A DNA stretch of 64,000 bases from the human T2T-CHM13v2.0 reference genome, Homo sapiens. Shown piece by piece: positions 28,909 through 41,902 of this stretch. Below the pieces are notes generated by a model, which was given only the letters and a program-made list of their open reading frames with translations, was not told where the DNA came from and made no database searches. The position numbers were made by a program, and so were the translations under genes. How positions within the stretch are numbered: position 1 is the stretch's first letter; every line of letters starts with the position of its first letter. The stretch lies in the NCBI RefSeq assembly GCF_009914755.1, contig NC_060933.1. One strand, given 5' to 3'.

Positions 28909-29730
28909 CCATGAAGTTCAATATCTCCTGAGTAATCCAGGTAGTAGAGATAATTGCCCAGCTACCTGCCACCTTACCCTTAACAACTCCTCTCATCCCT
29001 GAGATAATTTCCACCCCTGCTGGCAGGACAGACAACCCAGGGCCCAGGCTGCAGGGGAATCTGGTAGACCATGCTTTCTTTCCTGGTTCAGAGAACATCT
29101 CAGTTGTAACACTGATAATGCTCCCCGCCCCCAAGCCCTACCATGAGTGCTGAACCTCGATCTGTTCCCTGAGATCTTGCTGTCACACACAGGACTGCCC
29201 CAAGGTGGATCTCCAAGTCCTGCTCCCCATATTCCCTCGGGTTGTACATCTATTGCCTTCCAAGACCCACCCTCATATCCAGCTCCAGCTGGGCTACCCA
29301 AGACTGGGCAGTCTCCTTAACTGAATCCCAGGGTAAAATACAGGAACTCAAAGCTCCAGCACATTGTATCCTTAAGTGGTCAGCGATAGCGTCCCCAAAC
29401 TGCCACCCAACAGGACAGCATTTGAAGCACTCATTGAGCCTGAGATTGGAAAGATGAGGTCTGGAAGAGCCTGGGAACTGTCTAAACTTCAGATTAATTA
29501 GATGAAGATGAACTTAATTCCACAGCTACTGAAATAAATGTTCATGTCACACAGCCGTCTCCAACCCATATCGGTGAGGGGTCTGGGCTCACTCAAGAAC
29601 AACTAGCCTGGGTTCCTGGCCCATTCAGAGTCCTGTGTGTTTTGAACCAACCAGCAGGTCCTGAGGAAATGGACTGAGGTGGAATAGGGACTGGTGGTAT
29701 TGGGACCACTTCAGAGAAAGTCTTTATTTC

Positions 29731-30000
29731 TGGCCAGGTGTGGTGGCTCAGGCCTATACTCCCAGCATGTTGCGAGGCTGAAGTGGGAGAATTTCATGAA
29801 GCCAGGAGATTGAAACTGCAATTCATGAGAATTTCACGAGGGTAGGAGATTGAGAAACGTAGTGAAACCCCATCTCTACAAAAAATAAAAATAAAAAAAG
29901 GCATGGTAGCGCACATCTAGCCCCAGCTACTCAGGAGGCTGAGGCAGGTCTGCTTGAGCCCAGGAGTTTGAGGTAAGACTCTATCTTAAAAAAAAAAAAA
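29731..30000 (+). mobile_element. AluJ-like, rearranged
   Basis: ggccaggtgtggtggctcaggcc...ccccatctctacaaaaaataaaaat...cccagctactcaggaggctgaggc...A tail; internal duplication and deletions. Confidence 0.8.
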
Positions 30001-30034
30001 GCCCTATTGATCCTGAGCCTCTGTGGAATCTGGG

Positions 30035-30482
30035 TGTGTGAATTTCTTCAGGCTGAAAAAAAAAAAAAAAATCACCCAAACTGAGTGGCTTAAAGTGTTA
30101 GATATTTATCTCTCTTAGTTCAGGAGGCCAGAAGTCTGAAATGAAGGTACAAGCAGGGCCAAGCTCCCTCCAAAGGCTCTACAGGAGACTCCTCCCTTGC
30201 CTCTTCTCACTTCTGGTGGCTCCTGGAATTAACCTGTGGCAGCATCATTCCAATCTGTCTCCATCTTCAAATCACCTTCTTCTCCCCTGTGTCTCTCTCC
30301 ATCTCCTCTTCTTCTTACAACAATACCACTCATTGGATTTAGGGCCCACCCTAAGTCAGGGATGATTTCATCGTAAGATCCTTAATTAACTACATCTATA
30401 AATACCTTATTTCCAAAGAAGATTATATTCTGGGGTTCTGGGTAGACATCAATTATGTCAGGACACTATTAAACCCCGTACA
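30035..30482 (-). mobile_element. MLT1C-like MaLR LTR
   Basis: aaactgagtggcttaaa...ggaggccagaagtctgaaat...cattggatttagggcccaccctaa...ccttatttccaaa...ggacactattaaacccc. Confidence 0.85.
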
Positions 30483-33400
30483 CTGAGGAAGGATATCTAG
30501 GTCCATTATTTAGTAGCAAGAGTCACTGAAGCAACCCATAGTAAGTGAACCAAAGAGATTGAGCCAGGAAAGAAAAGGTCTAAGAGAGAATGAAAATAAG
30601 ACCTCTTTTCTCATTCCTCAGTGGCTATTCTGGGGCAGAGGGAGCGGACAGTGCATGCATCATGGAAAGGTAGCATCATCAGCAATGATGAAAGATTCCA
30701 CAGAGAAGGCTGTGGACTGAAAACAATACAAAATATACAATAAATCCTTTCTGACACAGTAAACTCCACTCGCCTTTTAAGACAGAGCTTGTGTATCTTC
30801 TTGACCCTCCCAGATAGAGTTGATCATCCCCAAACTTGCCTGGTCATAAATAACACCTGGGGATGCTCATTAAAAATACATATTTCTGGCCTTTAAATAA
30901 GCCTGCAGGAGACCTTATCATCAGGTAGGGTTGGTCTGGGAGCAGAAGAGTATTTAAATCCTATCTACAGCACTCTCTGAGTTTCTGATCACAGCAGGTC
31001 AATTGATTCAGTATATCTCATCTTCCTTGTCTGTGAAGTGATGTTAGCAGTAGTATCTACTTTAGGATTACATGCATCACTCTGCTGAGTGATGAAAACC
31101 ATAGAAATTCTTAGTAATAGAGAGCCAGGACTATTGCCAAGATTACAGCTGCCTACAATGGCCCTAGGCCACTCTTTGGCATATATTTGCCTACATACCT
31201 GCCATCCCTGACTAGTCCTTCTTATTTGTGTATGCCAATGTAGCTTCTTGGTTAAAGCTCAGACTCTCAATCCATGAAATTTGAGTTCAAATCTTATTGC
31301 TACTCTATTGGTTTTGTGGCTTCTTACAAGTTACTTTATTCTGTATCTAGAAAATGGGGATAAGCAAATCTATCTGATATAATTGTAAAAATAAAACAAA
31401 ATAATCGATACATTGGTTTGAATTGATTTAAAATCCAAAACAGAAGTGGAATTTGTGGAATTTGGGGAGGATAAAGGGGGAAGGAGCTTGTTGTCACTGG
31501 TGAAGTCCAAGAAGCCAACGGTTTAAGGAGAGTTTGGAAAGGGGAGAATAGAGGCAGAGAGAGTGGGAAGCAAGTGAGGAATAAAGGGAGCATGGAAAGG
31601 AGGGGAGAGTGTAAGGTGAGAGAGGATAGAAGGAAGTGCAGGAGAGTAGAAAGAAGCTTCTTTTTCAAGAATCCCAGTGGTGTTCAAATCCCATTTCTCA
31701 GGCCATTACAAACATAAGAATCTCGTCTATTTTGCTCAGAAGCTTCTTCCTTGTTCTCTGTCCCGACCTAGAGGCTGCTGACTTGGGCTGTCAGAAGGCC
31801 ACTAAGTGAGCACACTTTCCTTTTCTCATCATTGCTTTTCAGGGCCCTGCACTCGGGGAAGCAGCCCAGAAGGGGATTAGAAGATCTGTGGAGACAGAGC
31901 TGGAGTAACTGTCTTCACCCTGCCACCTCCATGGGGCTGTATAACAAAATTACAAAAGCCACCCAGGGTAAGTGCTGCTACAAAAGTAACAGCAAAAGGT
32001 AACTGTCAATTACAAAAGCATCTAGGAGCCTCATTTTACTCATCCGTTTAATGGGCATCATGAGGGTCCCATGAGTGTATTGTCTTGTTTTGAGGATTAA
32101 GTGAAGATGTGCATGTAAACACTCTGGATAGTATTAGGAAATGTTTCTTCTTTATACCCCAGGTTTTGATCAAGATAAATTTCCCCCAAATCTCTCTCTT
32201 GCCCAACATACTTTACTCCTCCCCACTAAGGTAGACTGGATCTGGAATGAGGCTGTGAGCTTGCATAACTCTTTCCCTTCATTGCCTCTTTTGCCGTAGG
32301 AACCAGCTGCCCTCCAAAAGCAGCCTTCTGCTCTGCCCTGCCACCCCTTCTGTTTTGTGATAACAGATTCCCATGTGAGAGGGTGCCAGGCACTCAGCAC
32401 TTACCCTGGGTGGGAAAATACCCATTTTTGCCAAGTCCTCCAAACTAACCTTTTGCAGTAATAAAGGCAAAACATTAATCTCCATCTGCTTTACTCCTTT
32501 TACTAATCTTTCAAACTGTTCTCAATTCAAGTGGAGAAAATATGGGGCTTCCACAAATCCCATGCCGATTACCTGGGTCCAAAGAATGTTCTCAGCAAAT
32601 TGTTCTGTTATTATTACATTCACCAGAAACTCTATTGTCTCTTCTCCCTTTGTTGGGAGCAATTTTTTTTCTTTTTTTAATTTATCTCTCTAAAAGCTTT
32701 CACATTTTCCCCCTTTTATCCATACAGTTCTGAAATTTCACTGCAATGCAACTAGGTACAGATTTTTTTTTTTTCCTTTTTGTTCCTCATTCATCATGTT
32801 TGGTAATCAGAGGACACTTTCAATCTGTTGTTCCTTCCTTCTGCTCAGGGATGAGTTCTGGCATTATCTACTTCCTTCCCTGGCTCTGCCTGGATTCTGG
32901 AGCTCCTCTCTTTGCTGTTAACAAGCAAGTCTTCTAGGAGGTGAGCTGGAGCTTGCGTTCTTCCAGTTTCAATCTCACAGCCTCCCTGCATCCAGGGCTC
33001 TGTGTCCTTCTGAGGGGCAGAGAGCAGGCTGAGAATAAAACTCCTGAAGAAATCAGGGAGGGGCTGCAACTGGGAGGAGGCCCTGCTTCCAATTCCCCCA
33101 AGCGAGCATGTGTTCCTCGCTCCAAAGCAGGAAATCAAACAAAATTGCTGGACCTAAACCAGTACCAGGCTCAGTGGAAGCCAGGAACTGGCAACTTAAT
33201 CCTGTTAATGAGATTTTGGGCAAGTCGCTCAATACCCCCTTAGCCTGATTTTCCTCATCAGTCAAGTGGCAACAATCATTTACCTTCCCTGACTCCCAGG
33301 GTGGTTGGGAGAATCAATGAAATGATGCACATGAAAAAGCTTTGCAAATTACTAAGGGCTATCTATGTATAAGCATATGTGTGTGTGTGCATCCAAACAT

Positions 33401-34824
33401 ACACAACCTAAACATACCCCAAAATGAACATCAAATTACAGAGAAAGACTGAAGTCTGTTAAGCAAATTTCTGCTCATCTTTTATGATCCAGTTGAAATG
33501 TCCCTGCTTCTATTTATTTGACTCAGTGCCTAAAATAATTAGCTTGAATTTTTTTTTTAAAAAAAGAATATAGTCAAACAAAGGAATTGCACTTATGGCA
33601 GAGTGGTGATCACTGAACAGTGAGCAATGAGACTGACCAAGGAAGAAAGCAGTTTTGTGTTTTCTATCCCATCTTCACTGTGGATTATCAATGCTCATTG
33701 AGTGTAACAGTGGTCATAATAACCTAACCGCCTAAATTTCTGTTTCTGTGTCTCTTGTCTCTCATAAAAAATATATAGGTTAATTCATGCAAATAAAATG
33801 CACATTTGATAGGACTCTACTCTTACAAAATGCTTCATGTATCTGTCCTATGAACTGGAGTTTCTCATAAGATTCTATTTAGACCAATGACTCCCTGCTA
33901 AAATTGTTGATGGACTATGTCTCTCAGCAACAGGAGGGTGACTTTGGAGTGTGTTGTATCCAAAAGCTGAGCAGCAGAAAGGGGGAGTTAGATGAGATGG
34001 TATGGACTATGTAAGTGCTCAGAGGGCAAGAGGGTAGAGACAACTCCTCTCCTCCCACAGACCAGCAAAGGCAGCAGTGGTACTCAGCTGCCTGCCACCA
34101 GCCTGAAAAGGGAGCCTCAGGCAGGGACAGATTGTGTTTGGGTTGGAGGGTAAGAGTAATAACTCAGCAGAGACAATACAGACGTGCTTGGCATATTCGG
34201 ACCACCTTACCAAGATCTCCCCTCCCATTTCTCCTCCACGCCTCTCCAGCGCCAGCTAATCCCTCCTGAACCGGCCATGTGTCTCCTACCGTGCTGAACA
34301 GATGCTCAACAGCAGCTAGAAGGAAACCCAGTGGAGGCAAACACACTCATCTTTCTAAACTAAAATCCCACTTTCCAAATATCAGAACGGACAGGAACTC
34401 AGAGATCTTAAGGTTAGCTGACATTGTTAGGATTATCACTGCTTTTGTACACTTTCCTTTGAAAAATTTTAATTGGAAATTCATTTCTGAATAAAGCCAT
34501 AAAAGAGGCGCTGCTCCAGTCTAAATGGAGGTTGGGGGTCTGAAATCTCTAGAGCTCCGTGGAGCAGAGCTAGAAAAAAGGACTCTTTCATTCTGCACAA
34601 GGGAATGTCAAGGCTGAGAGAGGATGAGAGCCTTTTCTAGGTCAGGCACGATTAGTGGCAGAGCCAGGACTAGAACCTGGCCCCTTGGTGGCCATTTCAA
34701 GGTGTGTTTCCATTGTCAGACTCAAGACAGAAAGCTGTTTAAAGGTGATCCATATATCAGCGATTTCAAGGGTTTTAGGTAAGCAATCGGTGTCTGCTGT
34801 TTTAGTGTATTTAAAGAAGGATAA

Positions 34825-35125
34825 GGCTGGGCGCAGTGGCTCACGCCTGTAATCCCAGCACTTTGGGAGGCTGAGGCAGGTGGATCACCTGAGGTCAGGA
34901 GTTCGAGACCAGCCTGGCCAACATGGTGAAACCCTGACTCTACCAGAAATAAAAAAATTAGCTGAGCATGGTGACAGGCACCTGTAATCTCAGCTACTCA
35001 GAAGGCTGAGGCAGGAGAATTGCTGGAACCCAGGAGGCGGAGGTTACAGTAAGCTGAGATCACACCATCGCACTCCAGCCCAGGCCAATAACAGCAAGAC
35101 TCTGTCTCAATTAAAAAAAAAAAAA
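34825..35125 (+). mobile_element. AluS
   Basis: Full dimeric Alu with A tail; partial TSD aggataa both sides. Confidence 0.93.
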
Positions 35126-35531
35126 GGCGGGGGGAGGATAAAATTTTATTTTCCAAGCCCCTATTGCATGTCATTTATTGGTATTGACAAATTGAATGCA
35201 TTATTAAAACAAATCAATCCTCATTGGAAATCTGTGAGGTCAGTGTTAACATACCCATTTTGCAGATAAGAAAACAAAAAGGTTAAACAATTTGCTCCGG
35301 GTCACGAAATTAATCTGTAGCAGCCCTATTATTAGAACCCAGACCTCTAAGACTCAGAAAATCATCCTGCTCTCCAGAAAAAATGTCCTCTCATCTGAAA
35401 GTGTATTACTGTAACTACAAGCAAACAATGTAAAATAAACTACTACTACAACAAAATGGCATTTGCACAGTCCTTAGGTTTAAAAGCCTTTCCCTTCATT
35501 AGTACCTCATTTGAGCAGCTCTGTATCACAT

Positions 35532-35740
35532 GGCTGGGTCTAGGATGAGGCAAGTGGGTACTTGTCTTGTATGCAAAATTTAAAGGGGTTCAAAAACCTC
35601 AGTAATGAAGATAATATTTCAATGCAACTCTTTTTTTTTTAAATACAAGTTAATGCATTCCTGAGTTTATAGGCAACCCTTTAAATTCTACGTCCAAGGT
35701 GAGTGAGGCACTCATATTCTTTGCTGGTCCTAGCCCTACA
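35532..35740 (+). mobile_element. MER96B-like hAT-Tip100 DNA transposon (internally deleted)
   Basis: ggtctaggatgaggcaagtg...gcaaaatttaaaggg...aaaacctcagtaatgaagataatatttcaatgcaa...ggtcctagccct. Confidence 0.6.
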
Positions 35741-36118
35741 GTTTGCAGACCTGTGAAACAGGGAGAAAACATATTTTCATACCAATTGTGCAGATGAGGA
35801 AAGTGAATCTCAGATACATTAAATAACATTTTCAGAGAACTAAAGGCAGGTCTTTCTGACTTGAGCTCAGAGGCCTGGAGTTCATCTTAATCCAAATCCA
35901 GCTGTGGCTCTCTCAACCCTGGGAATCTGGTGACATAGGTATGTTGGGGTAGGGAATAGAGCTAAGTAGCATTATACTCACCAGAAAACTGAGGCACATT
36001 CACCAAATGAGTTATCCAAGACCCATGGCTACTGTGCAACAGAGCTCGGAAATAAACTCGGATGGAACTCCACACTCAATACTGCCTTCCATCATTACCA
36101 AAACACGAGGACTAAAAT

Positions 36119-36256
36119 GTTCTTGAATAATACACAAAAATTCTGAGGTGCTGCATGAATCCACAGTCAGCCACAGTCCTGGAACAGTACTAAGTGGGCT
36201 CTGTGATTGCTACCATCATGGGGAGGTCCCAAAGGCTTCATCCCTGGGCCAGAGGG
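36119..36256 (+). repeat. Left arm of 138-bp inverted repeat
   Basis: Reverse complement of 37202-37339 with 4 mismatches, no gaps. Confidence 0.97.
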
Positions 36257-36554
36257 AGTGAGATGGAGAGAAGCTGGCAGTAGATGGGCATTGGAAAAAA
36301 TGCCACACTATAGATTGGTTGGAAACTTGTTCAAAAAAAATGTGATAAGCAATGAAGAGGGAGCTCAGGGTGGGATGTAGGACCCCAGGGGCTGGCAGTG
36401 ACATGTGATTCTCCTTCTGTGCTGGACTGTAGGGTCCATGAGGGTAGCGGTGTTTCTGCTCTCAAGCGCCTGAAATAGTGTCAGTCTCATACTAATTGCT
36501 CAGTAATGAATGGATGGATGGATAGATGGATGGACAGAACACTTTAAGTTCAAT

Positions 36555-36770
36555 AGAGCATGGTGAGCCCCATTTCCTAAATCTGACTCCCAGCTCTACC
36601 ATTGATCCCATGCAAAGGGTATCCTCTCTCTGCTTTAGTTTTCTCACCTATAAAATGAACACAATAATTCTATGTAATTCATAGGGATGTTGTAAAAGTA
36701 AGGTAATATATGTCAAGTCCTAGTTATAGCGTCTAACACCTAGTAAATGCTACATAAATATTAGCTATGA
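36555..36770 (+). mobile_element. MIR (in inverted-repeat spacer)
   Basis: tttagttttctcacctataaaatg...catagggatgttgtaaa...tagtaaatgctacataaatattagctat. Confidence 0.7.
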
Positions 36771-37020
36771 TCCGTAAAGCAACAGTAAAGGGAGTTATCC
36801 CAGAAATGCAAAAAATATAGGGATAGTTGTTATTTTGTGTTGTGTACCTGACATTAGTCCAGGTCCAATTGCCAGTCTCAGATTATAAAATGTGGAACAA
36901 TGCCAGGATCACAGAGTGGGTGAGACTACCATTCTTTTGGCATTTTCTATCTGCCAGCCCCTGCCCTACCCACTTAGAGTATATTATTTTACTTAATCCT
37001 TAAGACATGCTTCTGAAATA

Positions 37021-37099
37021 TTAGGTTGGAGCAAAAGTAATTGTGATTTTGCCATTACGTTCAATGACAAAAAACGCAATTACTTTTGCACCAACCTAA
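37021..37099. mobile_element. MADE1 (Hsmar1-derived MITE) with TA TSD, inserted in an antisense MIR
   Basis: ta|ttaggttggagcaaaagtaattg...caattacttttgcaccaacctaa|ta; palindromic TIRs. Confidence 0.92.
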
Positions 37100-37201
37100 T
37101 AGTTTCTATTATTATCTATTTTTTTTTATAGGTAAGGACACTGAGTCTCAGAAATATTAGAATATTTGGTCAAGGTTGTTGGAAGCAGGTCTGAGTTCTT
37201 G

Positions 37202-37339
37202 CCCTCCGGCCCAGGGATGAAGCCTTTGGGACCTCCCCATGGTGGTAGCAATCACAGAGCCCAGTTAGTACTGTTCCAGGACTGTGGCTGACTGTGGATT
37301 CATGCAGCACCTTAGAATTTTTGTGTATTATTCAAGAAC
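37202..37339 (-). repeat. Right arm of 138-bp inverted repeat
   Basis: Reverse complement of 36119-36256. Confidence 0.97.
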
Positions 37340-37359
37340 CCAACAACTCTGGAGGCTGA

Positions 37360-37651
<292 letters not shown>

Positions 37652-39821
37652 GAGGTTGAGTTCTGCCTGTGTGCCATGTGTGCCATGCTCACAGTGTTTC
37701 ACTTCACTCTACCTCCCAGTGGGCCCAGGCCCCATCTGGAAAGGGAGGAGTCAGAGAGGAGATGCTGGTGCTGGGTGCTTCCTCCCTCCTACTCATAGAT
37801 GGCTGCTGCTCTCAGGCTAGCTCAACTCCCTGGAGACACACAGTTGTCTTTCCCAAGGAGGCTGACACTGGGGCTGCCATTGGTCATAGCTGAGGGAAGG
37901 TGACACAAGTGATGCTGCACAGTGAAATCCACCATCTCATGTAGCTCCAATTGCAACCTGGCTCCCTAGAAGGAGGGGAGAGGCTGTTTTAATAATGATA
38001 CCCCTGCTCCTTGTGGCGGGAAGGAAGGAAGGGCAAAGACCCACTTGTGGAGGCTCAGGCTTTCCTGAGCTCTGTGCACTGGCTCTCCTGGCTCCCGGGG
38101 ATTTCTTTAGGTCCTTTGGTTTAGCCATGGGTGTCTACAGCCACAGGAAAAGAGTGGGTCCCCTCTGCACTCAATGGGGATAGTGAGATGTCAGGGATAT
38201 AGGTAACCGAGACAGAATTCAAACCCAGGTCAGCTCAACTCCAGGAGGCTAATAAGTGACGTTGGTCAAGTCCTTGCCCATTTCAAAGCTTTGGTTTTCC
38301 TATCTACAAAGGAGAGGATTGTACCAGATGATCTCCAAGGGTCCTCCCAGTGCTGAACCTGTTATGAATGTGTATACTGATAAATCCAAGGCCAACAGCT
38401 CTGGCTCTGGCCCAGGCTACGGGTGAATCTCCTCCACAAAGCTCTTCTCAGTTGGCCCTCCTTTCATTGAGCACCTTCAGTGATGAGAAACTGATTATTC
38501 CTTGATGATGGAGCAACCTGGGGAGAATTTTGGATGTCACTGACTTTCACTGACTAGTTGCTTGACTTCAGAGAGTGGACTCTTCTCTGATTCTCAGTTT
38601 AATCATCAGAGAAACATGAATGTTGGTGCCTAGCTCCAGTGACCGCTATAAAGATTAAGTTGGCTAGTAAGTGTGTGTGAAGTTTCTGGCACCCAATAAC
38701 ACCCCAACAGTAATTTTCTCCAAGTTGCAAGGTATCACCCTGCCAAGTAGAAATAAACAAGCAAAAATGGGTGGAGGGAAATAATGCTCTGTTTACATGC
38801 AGATATTAAAATATTTCCAGTCTTTCTCAGCTATAAGATATTCCACCACACCCAAGGATCAGCCAGGCAGCATGTTCTTCTTTGCAGAACTTTAGATGCA
38901 TTACTTCATCAATGTAAAAACTCAGGCCCAGAGAGTTTATCTGCCTTGTCCAAGGTCACACAGAAAATCAGCAGTGGATTCAGATTCCTGAATCCCAAGC
39001 TTGTCATTTCTTCATTTGGGGAACGAAGAGGCCCTGCCACCCTTGGCTGACAGCATCATCCCCTTAGCAAAAGGCAGCTCTGAGTCCCTGCAACAAATGT
39101 AAGCAGTGTCTCCTAAGCATCTCCAAATGCCAGGCATTGGGCTAGGCACCTGAAGCACAGAAATGAATAAGAAGTGGCCCCCTCCTCCCCAGAGGATTAC
39201 AAGTTGGGGAGAGACAACAGGAGGAGGTGGTAAAACCTGTCCACATGTTTCTATAATAGGATCTTCATCACTCCATTATTCCCCTTCTCTCTCTATAAAA
39301 GCCCAGAGAAGCAGGCAGATGTTGGCAACATCTGGGCCACTGTTGTCGGGGCAGCAAGTGGCTTTGGGCTGCCATTGGAGAAAAGAAGCTGTTGGTGTTA
39401 AGAATAATAATAAAGAGCTAACATTTGCATGGTGTTTACTCCTGTTTCAAGGGATAACCCCCCTCCATCCCATCCCCATTCATTAGCCCAAGCAATGCAG
39501 ACAGCAGCTCTCTGAAAGCCTAGGAGAACCATTTCCATTTCTTTGAAGGCAAAGCCAAGGCTCACAGAAGTTAAACTTCCTGCTTAAATCACAGAGCTCA
39601 TAGGAGAGTGCAGGCCCAAACATAAAAGCCCCATGACTCCTAGATTGGTGTTCATTCCATATGCCAGGCTCAGGCATGCAAGTGAATGCAAAAAGATAGG
39701 TGGTCCTTTCTCTAAACATAAAGAAAGCATTTGCTGTGTGTTTACTAGGTACCAGGAATGGCATTGTGTGGTTAGTATGCTTAACTCCTTTAACTCTTCC
39801 AACACTATGAGATAAGCATTC

Positions 39822-39972
39822 CAGATGTTCCTTGACCTACAATGGGTGTTACATCTGATAAACCCATTTTAGGTCAAAAACATCATAAATTGAAAATGCA
39901 TTCATTACCCCAATAAAGCCATCATAAAGTTGAAAATTTAGAAGTCAACCATAGTAAGTCAGGGGCCATTTG
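39822..39972. mobile_element. MER47/Tigger5-derived MITE inserted in MIR
   Basis: cagatgttccttgacctacaatggg...gataaaccc...aaccatagtaagtcaggggccatttg|ta; terminal inverted repeats. Confidence 0.7.
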
Positions 39973-41288
39973 TAGTTTCATACTTTTTTAAAATAAATAC
40001 AGAAGTTGAGATTGAGAGAGTTTAAGTAATCTGTCTATGGTCACACTGGTGACTAAGATGGGTCACTGGTAAAGTGGGTGGTTCAGTGACGTGGTGAGAA
40101 GAGTTGGGATACCATGTTCCTTGTCCTGTCTTCCTCATAAATTTGTGACACTCTTGGTAAGTGGCAAAGCTGAGATTTGAATCCCAAAAACCTGTCAACT
40201 TTGGGTGTGACTGTGTGTGTGACAGCGGAAGGGAACGAGGATGGTTGAAAAAGGAGGAACTGAGCCTTGAATAGGATTCTTCCAGGATAAAGAACAACAG
40301 CACATTGCAAGCTGAAGCAATGCTTTCAATGGGTTACACTTGGCATGCCAAACATAAGGTTGGTATGACTGGAGCAGAGTAAGAAAGGGGACAGGAGAAA
40401 GACATAAGATTAGGGAGGTACCACAAAGCCAGATAGCAGAGAACCAAGACACCAGACGGTGAGAATAATTAAGTGCGGGTACTATAAATTCAGAACAGAC
40501 ACTGGAGCTACCCCATAGATAAACCTTCTAACAGACCTGCCCTTCAGTCTTCCTCTGTCTTCAGCTATGTGGGCCAGTTTTTCTCCTTAATAGGGATCTC
40601 TGAAAGTGTTTCCTGAGGTTTTCCAATCCTCATTTTGTAGATGGAGTCTAAAGCCCAAAGAATTTGCCCAGACTCACATAGCATATGGGGGGCTTGACTT
40701 AGGACCTAAGCCATGCTTTCTGCAGACTCTTTTTCACACTCCACACCTTATGTTCTCGGCACTCATTTTCTGCATATTTTGAAATTTTAGCATAAGGCTC
40801 ACACTCTCTCAATGACTGTCTGAGTCCTGAGGTTTACAATCCTCCTTTCCATCTGAGCCTTTCTGGGCTTCCTCTTTGTCCATCGTAGAAGAGCCACTCA
40901 AGATGAGAGGGAGAAAAGGACAATTCTCTCTATGCCAGCTGCTCTTTCCAAGCCTAAGGCCATTCAAAGCTAGTGGGACCATTCGCTCTGACAGTAACTG
41001 AGACAAATAAACAAAACTCCACTGAGGTGAATCTGTCCTTTTGATGCTTTTCAGAGTTGACACAGTAGCTCCTCGGAGTCGGCATGACTCATGAGTTCTT
41101 TCTAATGGATTAGTTTGGGTTCATTTTTAGCTAGAAGAAAATTTGACAACTGCACTCCTGAAAACCAGGAGTACCTTCTAAAGGATCCATCTGGTTTCAT
41201 TCAAGTTAGAGGTCATTTTGACATTTATATCAGTGCAAGCAGGGAGAATCTTCTGAAGTAGGAGGCCTAAACACAAAGACCTATAGAG

Positions 41289-41623
41289 CAGCATTTCCCA
41301 ACCTTTTTGGCACCAGGCACTGGTTTCGTGGAAGAAAATTTTTCCATGGACTTATGGGGGGCCTGTGGTTACGGAATAAAACTGTTCCACCTCAGATCAT
41401 CAGGCATGAGTTGGATTCTCACAGGGAGTGTGCAACCTAGATCCCTTGAATGTGCAGTTCACAATAGGATTCGTGGTCCTATGAGAATCTAATGCTGTTG
41501 CTGATCTGACAGGAGGCAGAGCTCAGGCAGAAATGCTCATTCGCCCACCAGTGGCTCAAATCATGTGGTTCCTAACAGGCCACAGACTGTACTGGTCCAC
41601 AGCCCTGGGTTTGGGGACCACTT
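41289..41623 (+). mobile_element. MER1B (hAT-Charlie)
   Basis: cccaacctttttggcaccagg...aaactgttccacctcagatcatcaggc...cctatgagaatctaatgc...gggtttggggacc; 8-bp TSD ctatagag/ctgtaaag. Confidence 0.9.
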
Positions 41624-41796
41624 CTGTAAAGCACATAAATGGGGACTTGAGTAGGGTATCATAGCAGACAAGATTAGGGAGTGGTAGGGACTGTGGCAAA
41701 TTAGAGAACATGTGATCCTTCTAAAGAAGTATCTGCTACTGAAATTCAGCCAATTGTCACCATCCAAAAATGCAGACTGAGTAGAACGTGCAAGTT

Positions 41797-41902
41797 ACCC
41801 CCCCCCACACACACACACACCACACACCCCTATATTTTCATATGAAATTTGACAGTGAAAACTTTCTTTGGCAAGTCTTTTTTTTTTTTTTTTTTTTTTT
41901 TT
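41797..41902. repeat. C-run plus (CA)n and nearby T25 homopolymer
   Basis: cccccccccacacacacacacac... and poly-T at 41878-41902. Confidence 0.85.

Noticed and set aside
36119-37339. Interpreting the 138-bp inverted arms as TIRs of a novel DNA transposon
   Set aside because: No TSD outside the arms, no transposase remnant, and the spacer consists of ancient MIR/L2-type host sequence much older than the arm identity implies.
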